A DNA stretch of 62,945 bases, the filler included, from Reticulomyxa filosa (taxonomy: Eukaryota > Protista > Foraminifera), in assembly GCA_000512085.1 (NCBI GenBank). It is 16 parts of 16 records of this genome, joined end to end, with 100 filler letters (N's around TTAATTAATTAA, not from the genome) between each part and the next. Parts side by side here need not be neighbours in the genome. Positions count along the whole stretch, not along the records: positions 45,636 to 60,140 come from ASPP01018425.1; positions 60,241 to 61,333 come from ASPP01025493.1; positions 61,434 to 62,945 come from ASPP01014633.1; 13 more parts are not named here. One strand, 5' to 3'. Positions 50,766-62,945 of this stretch are shown here, piece after piece. The notes beneath the pieces are model-generated. The model saw nothing but the letters and a program-made list of their open reading frames with translations. It was not told where the DNA came from and did no database searches. Each line of letters starts with the position of its first letter. Position 1 is the stretch's first letter. A program made the position numbers and the translations under genes.

Positions 50766-53245
50766 ATGGCAGAGCAAAACATTGAGGATATTGGCAAAGA
50801 AAAACTTGCTCAAATTGCAAAATCTGGTGCATATGTTGGAGCAAGACAAGAGTTGGTAGAACACACAAATCATTGGCCTCAAACTCCGACCATAAAACGG
50901 GTAAGGGTAACATTAGGGACGAGGAGAAAATGAGCCAAAATAATGTAAATTTTTATTTAAAAACACAAAAACTGCAACAAAGGTGACTGACGGTGTGTAC
51001 GTGGCATTCGGCTATGACGTGGCCAATAGCTTGTGTATCGAGCAAGAATCAGGACTAGTAATCATTGATGTATTAACAGATGCAGTAGCTGCTAAACACG
51101 TGTGTAAAGAGTTCCAAAAGTTGTGCAAGGATAAACCAATCCAAAGCATAATAATTACTCACAACCACGCGGATCATTTGTTAGGTATTGACGGTTTTCT
51201 TAGTGATCAACCGAACAGTTCTGAGATAGTGTTGTACGCACATCAAGGAATCCTTTCTGCATTGAACCGTACATTTGTGACATGTGGTGGTGTGATGCAA
51301 CCACGAAACGCACGTCAGTTTGGGATGATTATGGAAGCCAATCTCCCGAGATCATTAGTAGAAAGCAAACAATGGTATTTGAACTCGGGAATTGGGCCTT
51401 TCTTGAGAAGTGGACATTATCACAGTGATAACAAGTCGCATTTGAACGCCGATCCAAGACATTCGCTCGTGGACTTGAATCGCTTTGTATTAATCGAGAA
51501 AGATATAACCATTGTCGACAAAAAGAGCGGAGAAAAAATTGACATTTTATGTTCCCCAGGAGAGACTGATGATCAGGTAGTTCACAACAGTGTATTTGTT
51601 ATTATCTGAAAGAAAGTGAGGGGGCTTATTATTTGTTCGTAAAAAAGAATTTTTTTTAGTTATACGTTTTCCACCCATCTCCCCTCCCCTTTTTAAAAAA
51701 AACTAGTACGCATGAATACGAAAAGGGTAATGAGAAATAAAGTTTTATGGGTGTGACTTTTAACAAACGTAGTACTAATTATCGATAACAATAATGAAAA
51801 ATAAACAATAAACAATAATAATAAAATACTACAAAATGTGTTGCACAAGTAGTTAATGGTATGGATAGGAAGCAGAAGTGTGTTATGCCCGGCAGACAAT
51901 TTTTATCACGCGTTTCCGAACTTGTATGCGATTCGAGGGACACCTCCCCGCAATGTGCAGGCGTGGATCGATGCAGTCGACAGAATGCGGTATTTGAAAC
52001 CCAAGTTTGTGGTTGGATGCCATTGCGACTATATCGAAGGCGAAAAAGTCATTGCGGAAGAGTTGACTTTGTATCGTGATACTATTGCCTTTGTCCACGA
52101 TCAAACTGTACGTCTCATGAACAAGCATTACCATGTTGACGATATCGTCCACGCAGTTTCGTATCACAATAATTAATATTTTTCTTTTTCCTTCCCTTTT
52201 TTTTTTAAAAAAAAAAAAAAGACGCATAAAAAAAAATGCATGAAAGGTGGAAACCTCATTACCAAAACGAATGAAACGAGGTCGAGTGCAACAATTTTAC
52301 GGGACGATTGAATGGAGCATTCGGGCAATATTTATGCATTATTTGGGCTGGTTCAGTGGTGAGCCTGCGGACCTTTATCCAGCAACGCATAGCACTCGAG
52401 GAAAGTATTTGCTCCATTTGTTAACGCAAATATCATATCAAGCTCAATTTGCACATTTTTCTCGAGATGTCAATCGTGATCGACCCATTGGAGATATCAT
52501 TCGAAATGTTATCACCACATTGAAGCAGATGTTATATGGTCAGATTTTTTTTTTTTTTTTCCTTCCACCCTTTGGCAAAATCCCTTTTCTTTAAAAAAAA
52601 AAAAAATCAAAACAGATTTGCCAGTGGATTTAAGCAAAGATACAGTTGCATATCCTCAAGAGCGATTCATATTGGAAGTTTCGACGTGGATATTAAGCTA
52701 CTTGAGGAAGAAAGATGAAAAAGAATGGGAGGAAATTGCAACGGCGACGGAAAAACAAAAGTGGGAAAATGAAATATTAGAAACCCGATGGAAAGTAATG
52801 CGAGATATCGCAAGTCGAAGTTTTTCTGCAAATGGCAGAAATTACTTAATTTCGCATTGGTTAGAAGAACAATTCCAGTTGTCATTTCAACCCTCTTCAC
52901 AGGGCTCGGAAGTCCCAAAATTTCTTCCAGTGGCGTGGTTTTTAGACAATTTGCGTACTAAAATTAACCCTGCCAGCTGTGATGAACATTTTAATTGCAC
53001 TGTTGTTGTCAGTTGAGAAACATTGCAATTTTTTCCTCTTGCTCCTCTCTTCTCATGAAATGCTCATTTTTTTGACATTGCTTTTGTTCGTTGATCGTAC
53101 AGAAATAACCGATGACACAAATATTTATTTGCTCCAAGTCAGAGGCCCTGTTTTGGAAGTAAAACCCTTGAAAAAGAGCACGTTGTGTGCAAAAGGGGTG
53201 GCAAATTTGAAAAACCTGCTTTACGGTTTATTCGCTCCACTCTAA
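50766..53245 (+). CDS. alkyl/aryl sulfatase (SdsA1/Bds1-type metallo-beta-lactamase fold), about 6 exons
   Basis: THNHADH, RNARQFG, GIGP, PGETDDQ, ADNFYHAFPNLYAIRGT, YRDTIAFVHDQTVRLMN, FYGTIEWSIRAIFMHYLGWFSGEPADLYP, SANGRNYL. Confidence 0.92.
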
Positions 53246-55461
53246 CCAGTGGAAAGCACGCCAGTTTCTTAACAAAAAACATTTGCAAAAAGGAACCGAG
53301 GATGAAGCAATATTGTTTTGGAGTAAATTCGAGGGTATGTTACCTGTCAAAGCAACACCTAAATTGTAAAAAGTGTGAACATTCAACAACTCATGTGGTT
53401 TAAGCTGTTCAAAAATAGCCATGTTAAGCAAACGTGTTTTTTTAGGATTTTGCCTTTTTAAATAGTAATTATTTTTTAATTATTTGTTTAACTGTTGCTA
53501 ATAATGGATCAACTGAAAATAAACAACATTTCTCTAATATCAAATTAAAATTTTGGTGTGGAGTGAGGCAATGATTTAATGCAAGAAAAGTAAATAAAAT
53601 GTTGAGCAAGTGCTTTGACTTCAGAAGAAAAATATTCACTTGACATTGTTGTATTTGTATTACGCAATAACATGCACAATTTCTTCAAGATGGCCTGAAA
53701 TGAATGCATGTAATCATCCACACTCCAGCAGTGACAGACAATATTTCATATACTTTCGGTGTGGCTTTGCAATCGTAGCAGCGGAGACCGCTGTGGACAG
53801 ATTGTCAACGTTCAGCGAACTAAATGAAGTTACGGTATCGTGGAAAATGAGTTAGTATTGTTATTGTTATTCTTATGATAGCATCGTACATGTAGCAGCT
53901 TCGATGTGATAATATGATTTCCAGAACATCTTCACTTTCATAATATATGTTATTTATTATAAAATATGTTTCCGAACTAATATGGGCGTTACATATCTTA
54001 AAACTTTTTTTTGTTGAAAAATAAACAATAATTTATATAATTAACTTTCAATTTTTTTTATTTGGATACTACAAGTAACAGAATTTCGGTGTAAGTGATT
54101 TATTAGTAGAAGCAATTTATTCGTGAAACGAAAAATGGCAAACTTGCATTTAATCATTGAACTATATAAATACTTGATAAAATCAGTTTGAAAGGAAAAT
54201 GACTTATTTGTTTTATGAAAAATAGAAAGTATGATTTGCGAAAGTTTTCTTTTCACAAAACTATAGGACGTCTGTTGCTGATAAGAGACTGCACTAAATG
54301 TAATACGAAAAGGTGTAATCAAAAGAGATCAGTTTTCGGCAAAACAAAAGTAAATTAAACAAATGAAAGATGAATGACGCGATAAAAGAAATAGAAACAA
54401 ATAAAAAGTGAAACCCACTGAACTCATAAACTATTACAAAGTTTATTCATATACAGTATGAACGCCTACAAAACCATTAATGTTAATTTATATGAATATC
54501 GAAATAATTTTAATATATATTTTAAAACTTTCACTGCAAAATAGAAATTTTGCAAATTGAAGAAAAATGTGAATTGGATATGCTAAAAGAATTTTTTAAA
54601 AAATAAAACGAAAGTGAACAGAAAACTTTGTAATCTGCAATTGTTTGGTATTTACTATAAAATAAAATGATATTGGGCAAAGTGTTTTTGCACACTTATG
54701 TTTTAATTTTTGTATCTCACATTGAAGCAAAATTCTTAAAAAAGTAAACAAGTTTGACATTTGTTTTTTTGAAATAATACTGTATTGTGATACGTAGTTT
54801 CAAAAAATTGTTGTATTTGGAAATTTATTGTATAAAAATTGCCTAGTTATATTAACAACGTATGTAAAGTTAAATACGAACGCAATGGATGTCTTCTTAC
54901 ACAACAGAAGATTACTTGCATTTCAAGCAATTTTTTGGATAAGTTGTATATTCTTGACAAAGATATCACCAACAATGTTTTATTCATTGGTAAACTTTAC
55001 TAATGATACCCCATCAAAACTTAATTCAAATCACTTTTAATTACAAATGGATAGTTGAAAATAAGTAAATCTGTCCAAGATTCAACAATAAGTCAGTTTT
55101 TTGCAATGGACAGGTATTGACATCACAAAAATATTTTAAAATTGTCCAGCTAACCTTTTTCCGCTTTGTTTATTGGTCATTGGCTCTGTTCCTTTTTTTC
55201 TAATAATGGGCTGTCATTTAGCCAATTGAGAAATTGTAGTAATAGCATTACATTTTCGAAGAGTAAAAACATCCAGATGTAGTGTTTAAGTTAAAAAGAT
55301 ATTTTCAGCAAAGAAACTTGATAAAAGTTATGAAAAACAATACAGAATCAAGCAAAAATGGTCCGTGTGAAGAAAGGAAGGAAAAAGGGAGTGGCAAATT
55401 AAAAAATCTTTTTTTTGTACTTCGTGATTTGTAAAACAGCTCAAGGAGCACAAAAAAAAAA

Positions 55462-57622
55462 ATGACTCTTCCAATTTCTGCTGCACAAACGTCTGGGGTA
55501 CCTGAGACAACAACCTCAGTTACAGAATTTCAACCCAGTGAACAAAAGATCCCCGCAACACCAATCCGATACTGGATCCATGTGAGGCCACCTCAGTCCC
55601 AGCATCCAGAACGCTTTGTGCGTGTTGTGAGTTTTAATGTGATGTGTGAAGATTCGTTGAGAAAAAGAGGTTATTAATATTTTATTTTATTTTATTTATG
55701 TCAAGTGTTAATGTTGAATGTGTACTGGTTGTGTTGAGAACCATTTGAGTTCCGCAAAATCGCAACAAAAGAAAAAATGTCTTAATTATTAAAACAGAAG
55801 ACGTTTGTTAAATGTAACAAAGTGTTGAAATAATAATTAATTTTTTTTTTTACGCACTTTTTTTTTTTTTTTTTTTTAAAAATTAATTATGAAATTGCTA
55901 AAAACAAGATTTGGAAATGGATGGAATGTGTTGACAGTAATAAAAGACAACACCATTTCGAAAAGTGCGTTGCGATTTCCTTTCACAACGTGGGAACATC
56001 GAGGGCGTTTGATATTAGAAGAAATAGTAAGACAAATGCCAGATATCGTATGCTTACAGGACGTGGACCAATTTGATTATTTCCAACAACGACTATTTCC
56101 GCGAGGCTTTGTGGGAATATACGAACGCCGTCGACCGACGCCTAATTCGACATATTACGTGTCGAAAGGGCTGGCAACATTTTGGCGAACGGATAAGTTT
56201 GAATTGGTAGGAAGGGGGGTGTATTCGATTCGAAGCCATCCCGCGGAGTCTCGACAGGACCACATTGCTTTGTTGGCGCGGCTGAAGCGAAGAGAACCAT
56301 ACGACTCGAAGCGCGCGATGGGAGAAATTGACGTGTGGAACTCACACTTGAAATCGGGGGCAAATCAAATCCAACATGTTCGATTGGGACAAGTCAAAAC
56401 CTTGTTTGATGTTATTGGTCACGAAAGCAATGTCGAGTTGACTGAAACGTTCCATGGAAGTAGAGAGGTGAGTCGTGACTCCTTGTCCGCTTCCAACAGC
56501 GATAAAATAAAGAAGGACACCAGCGAGACCGATAAGGCCACCATGTCGATTGAAAAATTACAACAACTGTTCAAACAACGAATGGAAAAGGCTATTGTTG
56601 TGCCGAACACTAACACTACTACTACTACTACTACTACTAATACCAATATCAACATCAATACTGGAAAATCAGAGGAAAAAAAAAATGAAGATACTACTGC
56701 AAACACTGAAAAAGGACAAGAGAAAGGCAAAGATAAAGAACAGGATAAAGAGCAGGATAAAGAAAAAGAAAAGGGCAAAGACAGAGAAACGGAAAAGGAC
56801 AAAAAAAAAGATCCTGAGAAGAAAAAGGATGACGGCTATAAAACATCACGTGGTGGAACCAGTCTGCAAAGACCTGTCATTTTGTGCATCGATTTTTCTG
56901 ACCAGGCGCATTTTGATCCCGACAAAAAGATTTATCCCATGGTTTATGCTTATTTGACGAATCGATCACGCACCACGGAGGGCAACCCGGAGTACAATCG
57001 ATTGGTGCCCTCTGAATTGAAGCAGCATCACTCCAAACATTCATGGTTCTTGCAATCCGCATATGCCCTGGGATTTGGACGCGAACCTCCGTTCACTACT
57101 TGTGTAAATCAACAATTCACGTTGAGTAGTGATTTAATTTTATTCACACCACAGAACTTCCGCGTTATCAATCTTCTTGAACCATTGAGTCGTGAGTGGG
57201 TCGAACACCAAGAAACAAAGTCACTTCCTTGCCGCAACTATCCTTCCGATCACTACTTGATTGGATGTGATTTGGAACTGGCCATTGGACATACTGCCAA
57301 CCCAACAACTGGAAATGAAGCATATGCCAATGTACATAATATGAATGTGAGTGCCATGTCAGGTGTGCCCAATCGCCTTCCTAATCAAAACTTTGTCACT
57401 CCAACAAATCCACTCATGCCCCCAAACCAACCCATGAATTTCCAAATGAGCGCGGTGCCGCATTTTGCTGGTCCAAGACAACCAATGATCAATCAACCCG
57501 GTCTGCCCGGAACAGGTGATGTTTACAAAAATGGAAATGTTCATGGACGAATGCCAAACTTTAATTTTCCCACAACAACAACAACAACAACAACAACAAG
57601 TGATGTCACAACCAATTCCTAA
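55462..57622 (+). CDS. CCR4/nocturnin/angel-family EEP protein, 2 exons
   Basis: RVVSFNVMC, WEHRGRLILEEI..PDIVCLQDVD, GLATFWR..F, NSHLK, SAY..EPPFT, LP..NYPSDH. Confidence 0.85.
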
Positions 57623-58377
57623 TTCACAACCTTTTATGCAACGCTAGACGCAACAAAAGGAAATAAAACTTTGTAACGTGTGGTTGCTTTGACTGATAAT
57701 TTTAGTTATGTGGATTAAAGAGTAAAAGAGAGGAGGTGACAATATCCTTTCAATTCATGGCTGTCATTCTGCTTAACAACCCTCAAAATACATAACAAGT
57801 TTTTGTACGTTCTTAGCAATCCTGTTCAGAAAATAATAGTTTTTCCAGCCAAATGTTGTACAAAGTTCACATTTTTGTTTGTAACTAAGGGGCAAATAAA
57901 TGTAGAGTAAATCACAAAGCAATAATGAGAGAAGCCATTTTTTAGATTTTGGGTAAAAAAAACCTTGTGTGTTTAATGGCCAACCTAAATGTCGAACAAT
58001 AACAGCTGAAAGTCTTCCAAAAACTTCTACACTAATTTTCGATTACACTATTTTGACGATTGTGCAAGATTTTTTGACCTCCTACTTTCTCATTGACGCC
58101 ACAAGACAGGCCTCAGAAAAAAAAGTACAAACAAATTAATAGAAAAAAAGAAAAATAAAGATCATCAACGAGATTGCCTGTGGACATGATTTATTTTCAA
58201 AATAGCTCAATACAAAAAGCTAGACATATTAGTAATGAGTTAAATCACAAACCCATGATAACATTAAAAAAGTTATTACAAAAGAAAAAAAGATACATTT
58301 GCTCCAAAACTATGAGCAATTTTTTCAAGTACATTGAAATCTGAAAGAAAGAGCTGAACAAGTTCAAGGAAAATGGC

Positions 58378-59463
58378 TCAACGAGAGGGAAGCGGTTTCT
58401 TCCAAGAACCATTAAAGAGATGTTGAACAAGTTGTTGTGACTCTGGGTTCCAATTTCCATGTCTGTCGTTAGTTCCAAATGCACGATTAGGTAAAATACA
58501 AAGTTTAATTGTAACATTGGCATCTTTTAAAGTTAATATTTGTCCAGTTCTATCCAATTTCCTCATTTCATAAATGATATGAGATGGATATGACAAATAA
58601 TCTTCGGAAAAAAGACGTCGATAGTCTTGAGAAGATTGTGGAACAAGAGCATGTGTAAGAAGATATTTTAATATCGCATGAGTGAACATTCCAGGACCAG
58701 TGCGTTGCACAACATCTCCATGATGTTTATCATTGAGAATATAACTAATACATGTGTCAATGATAAATTGAATAAGCAAGTTATGTTGTTTTGCAGCAAA
58801 TGTCCATTGTACTAATTGAAGCGGGTTGGGATTACGACGGTAGGTAAACTCTATACCAACAATCACATCTAATTCACCCAGGGTTGTTGAGTTTAGACTT
58901 GTGTTGTAACGATCCAACCACTCTTCAATCGGTACTTTGCATAGTACATCATCGTCAATGTACACCCCTCCATATTCATATATTGCAATGTATCGAAACA
59001 GATCTGCTTTTTCTATTATCAACATCTTGTCGAGAAAGCTTTTTATCCATTCATTACTCTGAGTCGTGTTCACATGTTTATTTTGGAGGAGATATTTTGT
59101 TATAACGCTTATCATATCGTTGTCGTTGAAATGAATGTAATTCCATCCTTCATTTTGTTCCGTCCACGACTTTGCATTTTTTGGCTGATCTTTGCTGGTT
59201 TGGATAATGTTTCTTGGAAAAAAAAAGTTCTTTGTCTCTCCTTCTTTGAATTCAGACTGAATACTGTAGCTTTTGTTATCACTACTAACGTTATGTAATT
59301 CATTGCTGGAGGCACTAACTGGCTGCTGGAGCTCGTTATCTTTGCCTCTCCAAATAAATAAGGGAGAACATAAGTAAAATAACAGAAAAATGTTAAAACC
59401 AACAGTAAATAATAGCAAAAAACGAGAGTAAGGACATTTTTGAATCAGCTGATTCGGCATTAA
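58378..59463 (-). CDS. GT32 family glycosyltransferase (Och1-like alpha-1,6-mannosyltransferase)
   Basis: N-terminal TM; FPRNIIQT, KADLFRYIAIYEYGGVYIDDDV, VGIE, QLVQWTFAA, TGPGMFT, VQHLFNGSWK. Confidence 0.92.
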   Translation of the reverse strand, partial: LMPNQLIQKCPYSRFLLLFTVGFNIFLLFYLCSPLFIWRGKDNELQQPVSASSNELHNVSSDNKSYSIQSEFKEGETKNFFFPRNIIQTSKDQPKNAKSWTEQNEGWNYIHFNDNDMISVITKYLLQNKHVNTTQSNEWIKSFLDKMLIIEKADLFRYIAIYEYGGVYIDDDVLCKVPIEEWLDRYNTSLNSTTLGELDVIVGIEFTYRRNPNPLQLVQWTFAAKQHNLLIQFIIDTCISYILNDKHHGDVVQRTGPGMFTHAILKYLLTHALVPQSSQDYRRLFSEDYLSYPSHIIYEMRKLDRTGQILTLKDANVTIKLCILPNRAFGTNDRHGNWNPESQQLVQHLFNGSWKKPLPSR

Positions 59464-59959
59464 ACGCACTTCCTTTGTTCAATTCTTTCAATTGTTCGGT
59501 CCTCTTTTTGTAATCTATATCTTACCAATTTAAATATTGTTTGACAAAAAAACCATTTTTGTCTTCAAAAGCTTTCTGGAGACAGCCAAAAATATAAAAA
59601 AGAAAATGTACTTTTTTGGTATGGTCATGTAGAAAATATTTTTAATTAATGCAATGGTGAATTAACGCTTTATTACTCTTTAATAATGTTGTAGGTCTCT
59701 AGCTGACAATATACTCTTCTTTTTATCAAATAACACTTCAATAGGTGACAAACCAATAAACATTATACTTTTCTATGTTCACTTAATTTCTCTTATTTTT
59801 GTTTTAATAATATCATTTTTACTTTCGTTTTCTATTTAAGTTTGAGCAAAAGAGCACCTTTTGCATCGTATTTGTAATAAATTTGCTTTAGCTATTTACT
59901 TTATATAATTGCTGTATATACAAGAAATATTACACTGGTTGAAGGGTATTCTAGTATAT

Positions 59960-60100
59960 TCCAAAATCTAGTATCGAGTTATACTCGTAATGTTGTAGGG
60001 CAAGCCCCTATTACACGTGGCTGAACTCTTATGGAACTGAGGAGCTCCCTCTGGGTTAAACTTCTCCACAAACTTTCTTCACTTCTTGTTTGGTCTTTAC
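59960..60100 (+). repeat. dispersed repeat / possible mobile-element end
   Basis: Related to 16345-16475; hairpins cgagt-tat-actcg and taggg-caagc-cccta; lies next to a contig end. Confidence 0.55.
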
Positions 60101-61129
60101 TTTTTACTTACTGAGTTATTTATTTTGGTTATTTAATTTANNNNNNNNNNNNNNNNNNNNNNNNNNNNNNNNNNNNNNNNNNNNTTAATTAATTAANNNN
60201 NNNNNNNNNNNNNNNNNNNNNNNNNNNNNNNNNNNNNNNNCCATTTGAAAAAAAATTAATTTAAAAAGGTGTTTTTACTATTAAAATTAAAAATGATAGA
60301 TAGCATATTCTAATTACTGAAATAATGTGAAAACATTTATTGAGTTTAGATATTTCGGATTATGTTATGAAAATCAATTTGAAGATATCCAAATTGATAT
60401 TGTGTTTGACACTACTTATTGTAACATATTCTATCCAATAATTTTTTTTCAGTAATTTTTTTAAATTGATATATTCTATTTCATTGATACTTTTGCAGAA
60501 TGGATGATAAGATTATATCGAATTGATAACAAGCGCAAGATTGTTGGGTTTTTTTTGAAAGCTTACCTTCTCAATAAAAAAATAAATAAAAAAAGGTAAA
60601 ACTATTAGAAAATTAAGGCCAGTAAAAAACTCTATTTTAAATGTAAAAACCTTTTCATTTGTGATAAAAATCACTACATTTTAAAAAAATTGATTTGTTG
60701 ATGGAAAGAATTGATCTCCCAAGTGTGAAGCATTTTGAAAGTCTCGAACTGTATTTTTATTGTTAATGTGTTTTGAAAATTTGCATGTTCCATGTATTAC
60801 TCAAGGGATATCGACCACATTGAAGATGAAATATCTTTTCAATGTACAATCTTTCAATTCTTTCCCTTTTTCATTGAAATGATAAAACAAAAAAGATTTT
60901 TTTTGAAAAACACAAAATGTTTGCTCTATGACATGTGATGAAAATACTCCAAGAATTGAAGAGTGCTTTTCTGTTCATACAAGTAAACATGTCAAGATAT
61001 CTGACAAATCAAGAAATTGAAAGTATAATCTAATGTATTTTCATAGAAATTTCAAGTATTGTTATACAATGTTATAAACAGAGTTTTTAGGAACAGATAT
61101 TTTTTATATATATTTTTTTCAAAATATTG

Positions 61130-61333
61130 AGGAAATTGAATGAAAAACCATTGGCTAATGTTTTAGAATTGTTGATGGATGGGCTTGGCGACAACTACAA
61201 AGATATTCACATTAAGTGTGCAAATTACTTGCAGAAATGGCATTGAACTTAAATGAGAGACAATTGAATAATGCCTTTGACGATGGAAAAATTCAAATTT
61301 GTGATAAATGCACACACACACTTGCAATGATTT
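61130..61333 (+). pseudogene. HEAT-repeat family remnant
   Basis: EKPLANVLELLMDGLGDNYKDIHIKCA..NERQLNNAF..CDKCTHTLAMI with frameshifts. Confidence 0.45.
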
Positions 61334-61504
61334 NNNNNNNNNNNNNNNNNNNNNNNNNNNNNNNNNNNNNNNNNNNNTTAATTAATTAANNNNNNNNNNN
61401 NNNNNNNNNNNNNNNNNNNNNNNNNNNNNNNNNATATTATAATTATATATTTATATTTATATTTATAAATTTTTTTTTTTTTTGAAAGAGAGGTGGGAAA
61501 AGTA

Positions 61505-62875
61505 CTTGAGCATTGGCACATTTTTCAAACGCGGAAAAATTTTGGCTTCTATACGGACAAGTCCTTGAAAAGAAGAGAGTAATGCATGAATGAATCGGTC
61601 GACAAGAACAGTAAGATAGTGCAAAGGCACATCATAATCGAATCCATTTGGACCCCATTGCAACGTTACTTTCCAGCAGCAACATGACTGCGAAGAAAGT
61701 GCGAAAGTGCGAATTGCATTGAACTTTTCCAAAAAATACATTTTCATTTTGTGAAGCGAGTGGTACACAACACTTGTCAATTGTTGACACATCAACGCAC
61801 TAACACAATTAAACAATTGTGTCGCCATTTCACTGTCATTTTCAAAATATGTATGCTCTTCCACATATCGCTTCCAGTAGCTACAAGCCTCTTTGTAATA
61901 GTCATTCATTACTTGAGACCTACCTTTCTCCATGAACGTCTCTTGCTTCTCTTCAAACTCTTTCACGCTCAAAGGCGAGTCGCATGACGTGTCAAACAAT
62001 TCCGTCCGCGATAACGCGTTTTCAAACAATGGCAACATGACAACTGCACTTTTGCTGATGAAATAAGAATAAGTCGCAAACATGTGCCATTGTTCATCTA
62101 TTGCCTTGTGCCATGGATGAGATTCATTGCATATCCATTTACTTGTTTTTTTTTTTAAAGGAGCCCCCTTAATACGCACTTTGCAAACAAAAAAAAAAAA
62201 GATGAATAATAATAATAGTAATAAATAATAAAACGAAATAAACGAAACCAAAAGCTTTGCTTCCACTGGATTGGATAAGAAACAGGAGGGATAAATATAT
62301 TTAATCTTTCCCGCTCAAACGGGTTTTTTAAGACATAGTCGAGAATCGCCTGTTTGATAGCAACTATACGCTGTTGCTTAATAAGTTGCAAATTCTGTTG
62401 TACAATGTCATTTACTCGGTGTAGATGAGCGTATTTCATATTTAGCTGTAATTTGTCCAAAATGCGCTGAATTACAGAGTCTTCCAAAGGGAAAAGAAGC
62501 TTGCTGTCCATATTGTTTTCATTGGTTACGTATTCGTGGTACCTTTGGCATGATGTGAAGATGGCAGCATCCAACTCATTGTCAAATTCAAGTGTTGTCT
62601 TGCGCTGTCCCCACTCAAAGTACTTGGTTTCATATTCCACTAGCTTCGCATATACCGTGCAGTCGTATTGTAGCTGCATGCTCGCAGGAACAAACGGCAC
62701 ATAATTTGTGCGCACAATTGGCCTCATCTTGTCACTGCCAATTTGAAACAGTGCGCACGTCGGTGTATAATGTAAGCCAATTCTGTTGATTGGAGTCTGA
62801 TATGCAGTGTGTGACTCCACCAAACAAGAGTTACCACTAATCACAGTTGGATAATCTTCGTCATGTCGAAACCGT
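61505..62875 (-). CDS. axonemal dynein heavy chain, N-terminal exons
   Basis: IKQAILDYVLKNPFERERLNI, HPWH, LFNCVSALMCQQLTSVVYHSL typical of inner-arm dynein N-termini; intron about 62180-62248. Confidence 0.7.
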
Positions 62876-62945
62876 ACCCTTTTTTTTTTTTGAAAGTTTT
62901 AAAAAAAAATTAAAAATTTTAAAAAACTAATAATATAGTTATATA

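Noticed and set aside
7396-61433. Regularly recurring TTAATTAATTAA flanked by N runs, resembling a repeat array
   Set aside because: Artificial six-frame-stop linker; it also makes gene neighbourhoods across linkers unreliable.
1-62945. tRNA, rRNA, CRISPR arrays, intact transposase or reverse transcriptase
   Set aside because: None recognised by eye; covariance-model and HMM scans would be needed to exclude them.

Overview
AT-rich, intron-containing eukaryotic DNA built from 16 contig pieces joined by artificial 100-nt linkers (N44-TTAATTAATTAA-N44), so gene order across linkers may not be real. The gene families (expanded WD40, TRAF-Zn, Kelch and HEAT families with many decayed copies, and a divergent alpha2-type tubulin) suggest a foraminiferan such as Reticulomyxa filosa; this is an inference. 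Recognisable genes: two WD40 proteins, TRAF-type Zn-finger protein, GH47 mannosidase, RS-rich protein, DNA ligase I, anamorsin/Dre2, LRR protein, QCR9, OPA3, NSF-like AAA ATPase, sirtuin, Ras-like pseudo-GTPase, RRM and TLDc proteins, ankyrin/F-box-like/CaaX protein, GPI-anchored protein, alkyl sulfatase, CCR4/nocturnin-like EEP protein, GT32 glycosyltransferase and an axonemal dynein heavy chain. Best hidden finding, absent from the ORF track: a complete 4-exon selenoprotein W gene (CGGU, in-frame TGA at 42134-42136) with a canonical SECIS at about 42659-42719. Second: many introns have a U-rich 5' arm and a complementary A-rich 3' arm in place of a polypyrimidine tract, suggesting structure-assisted splicing.
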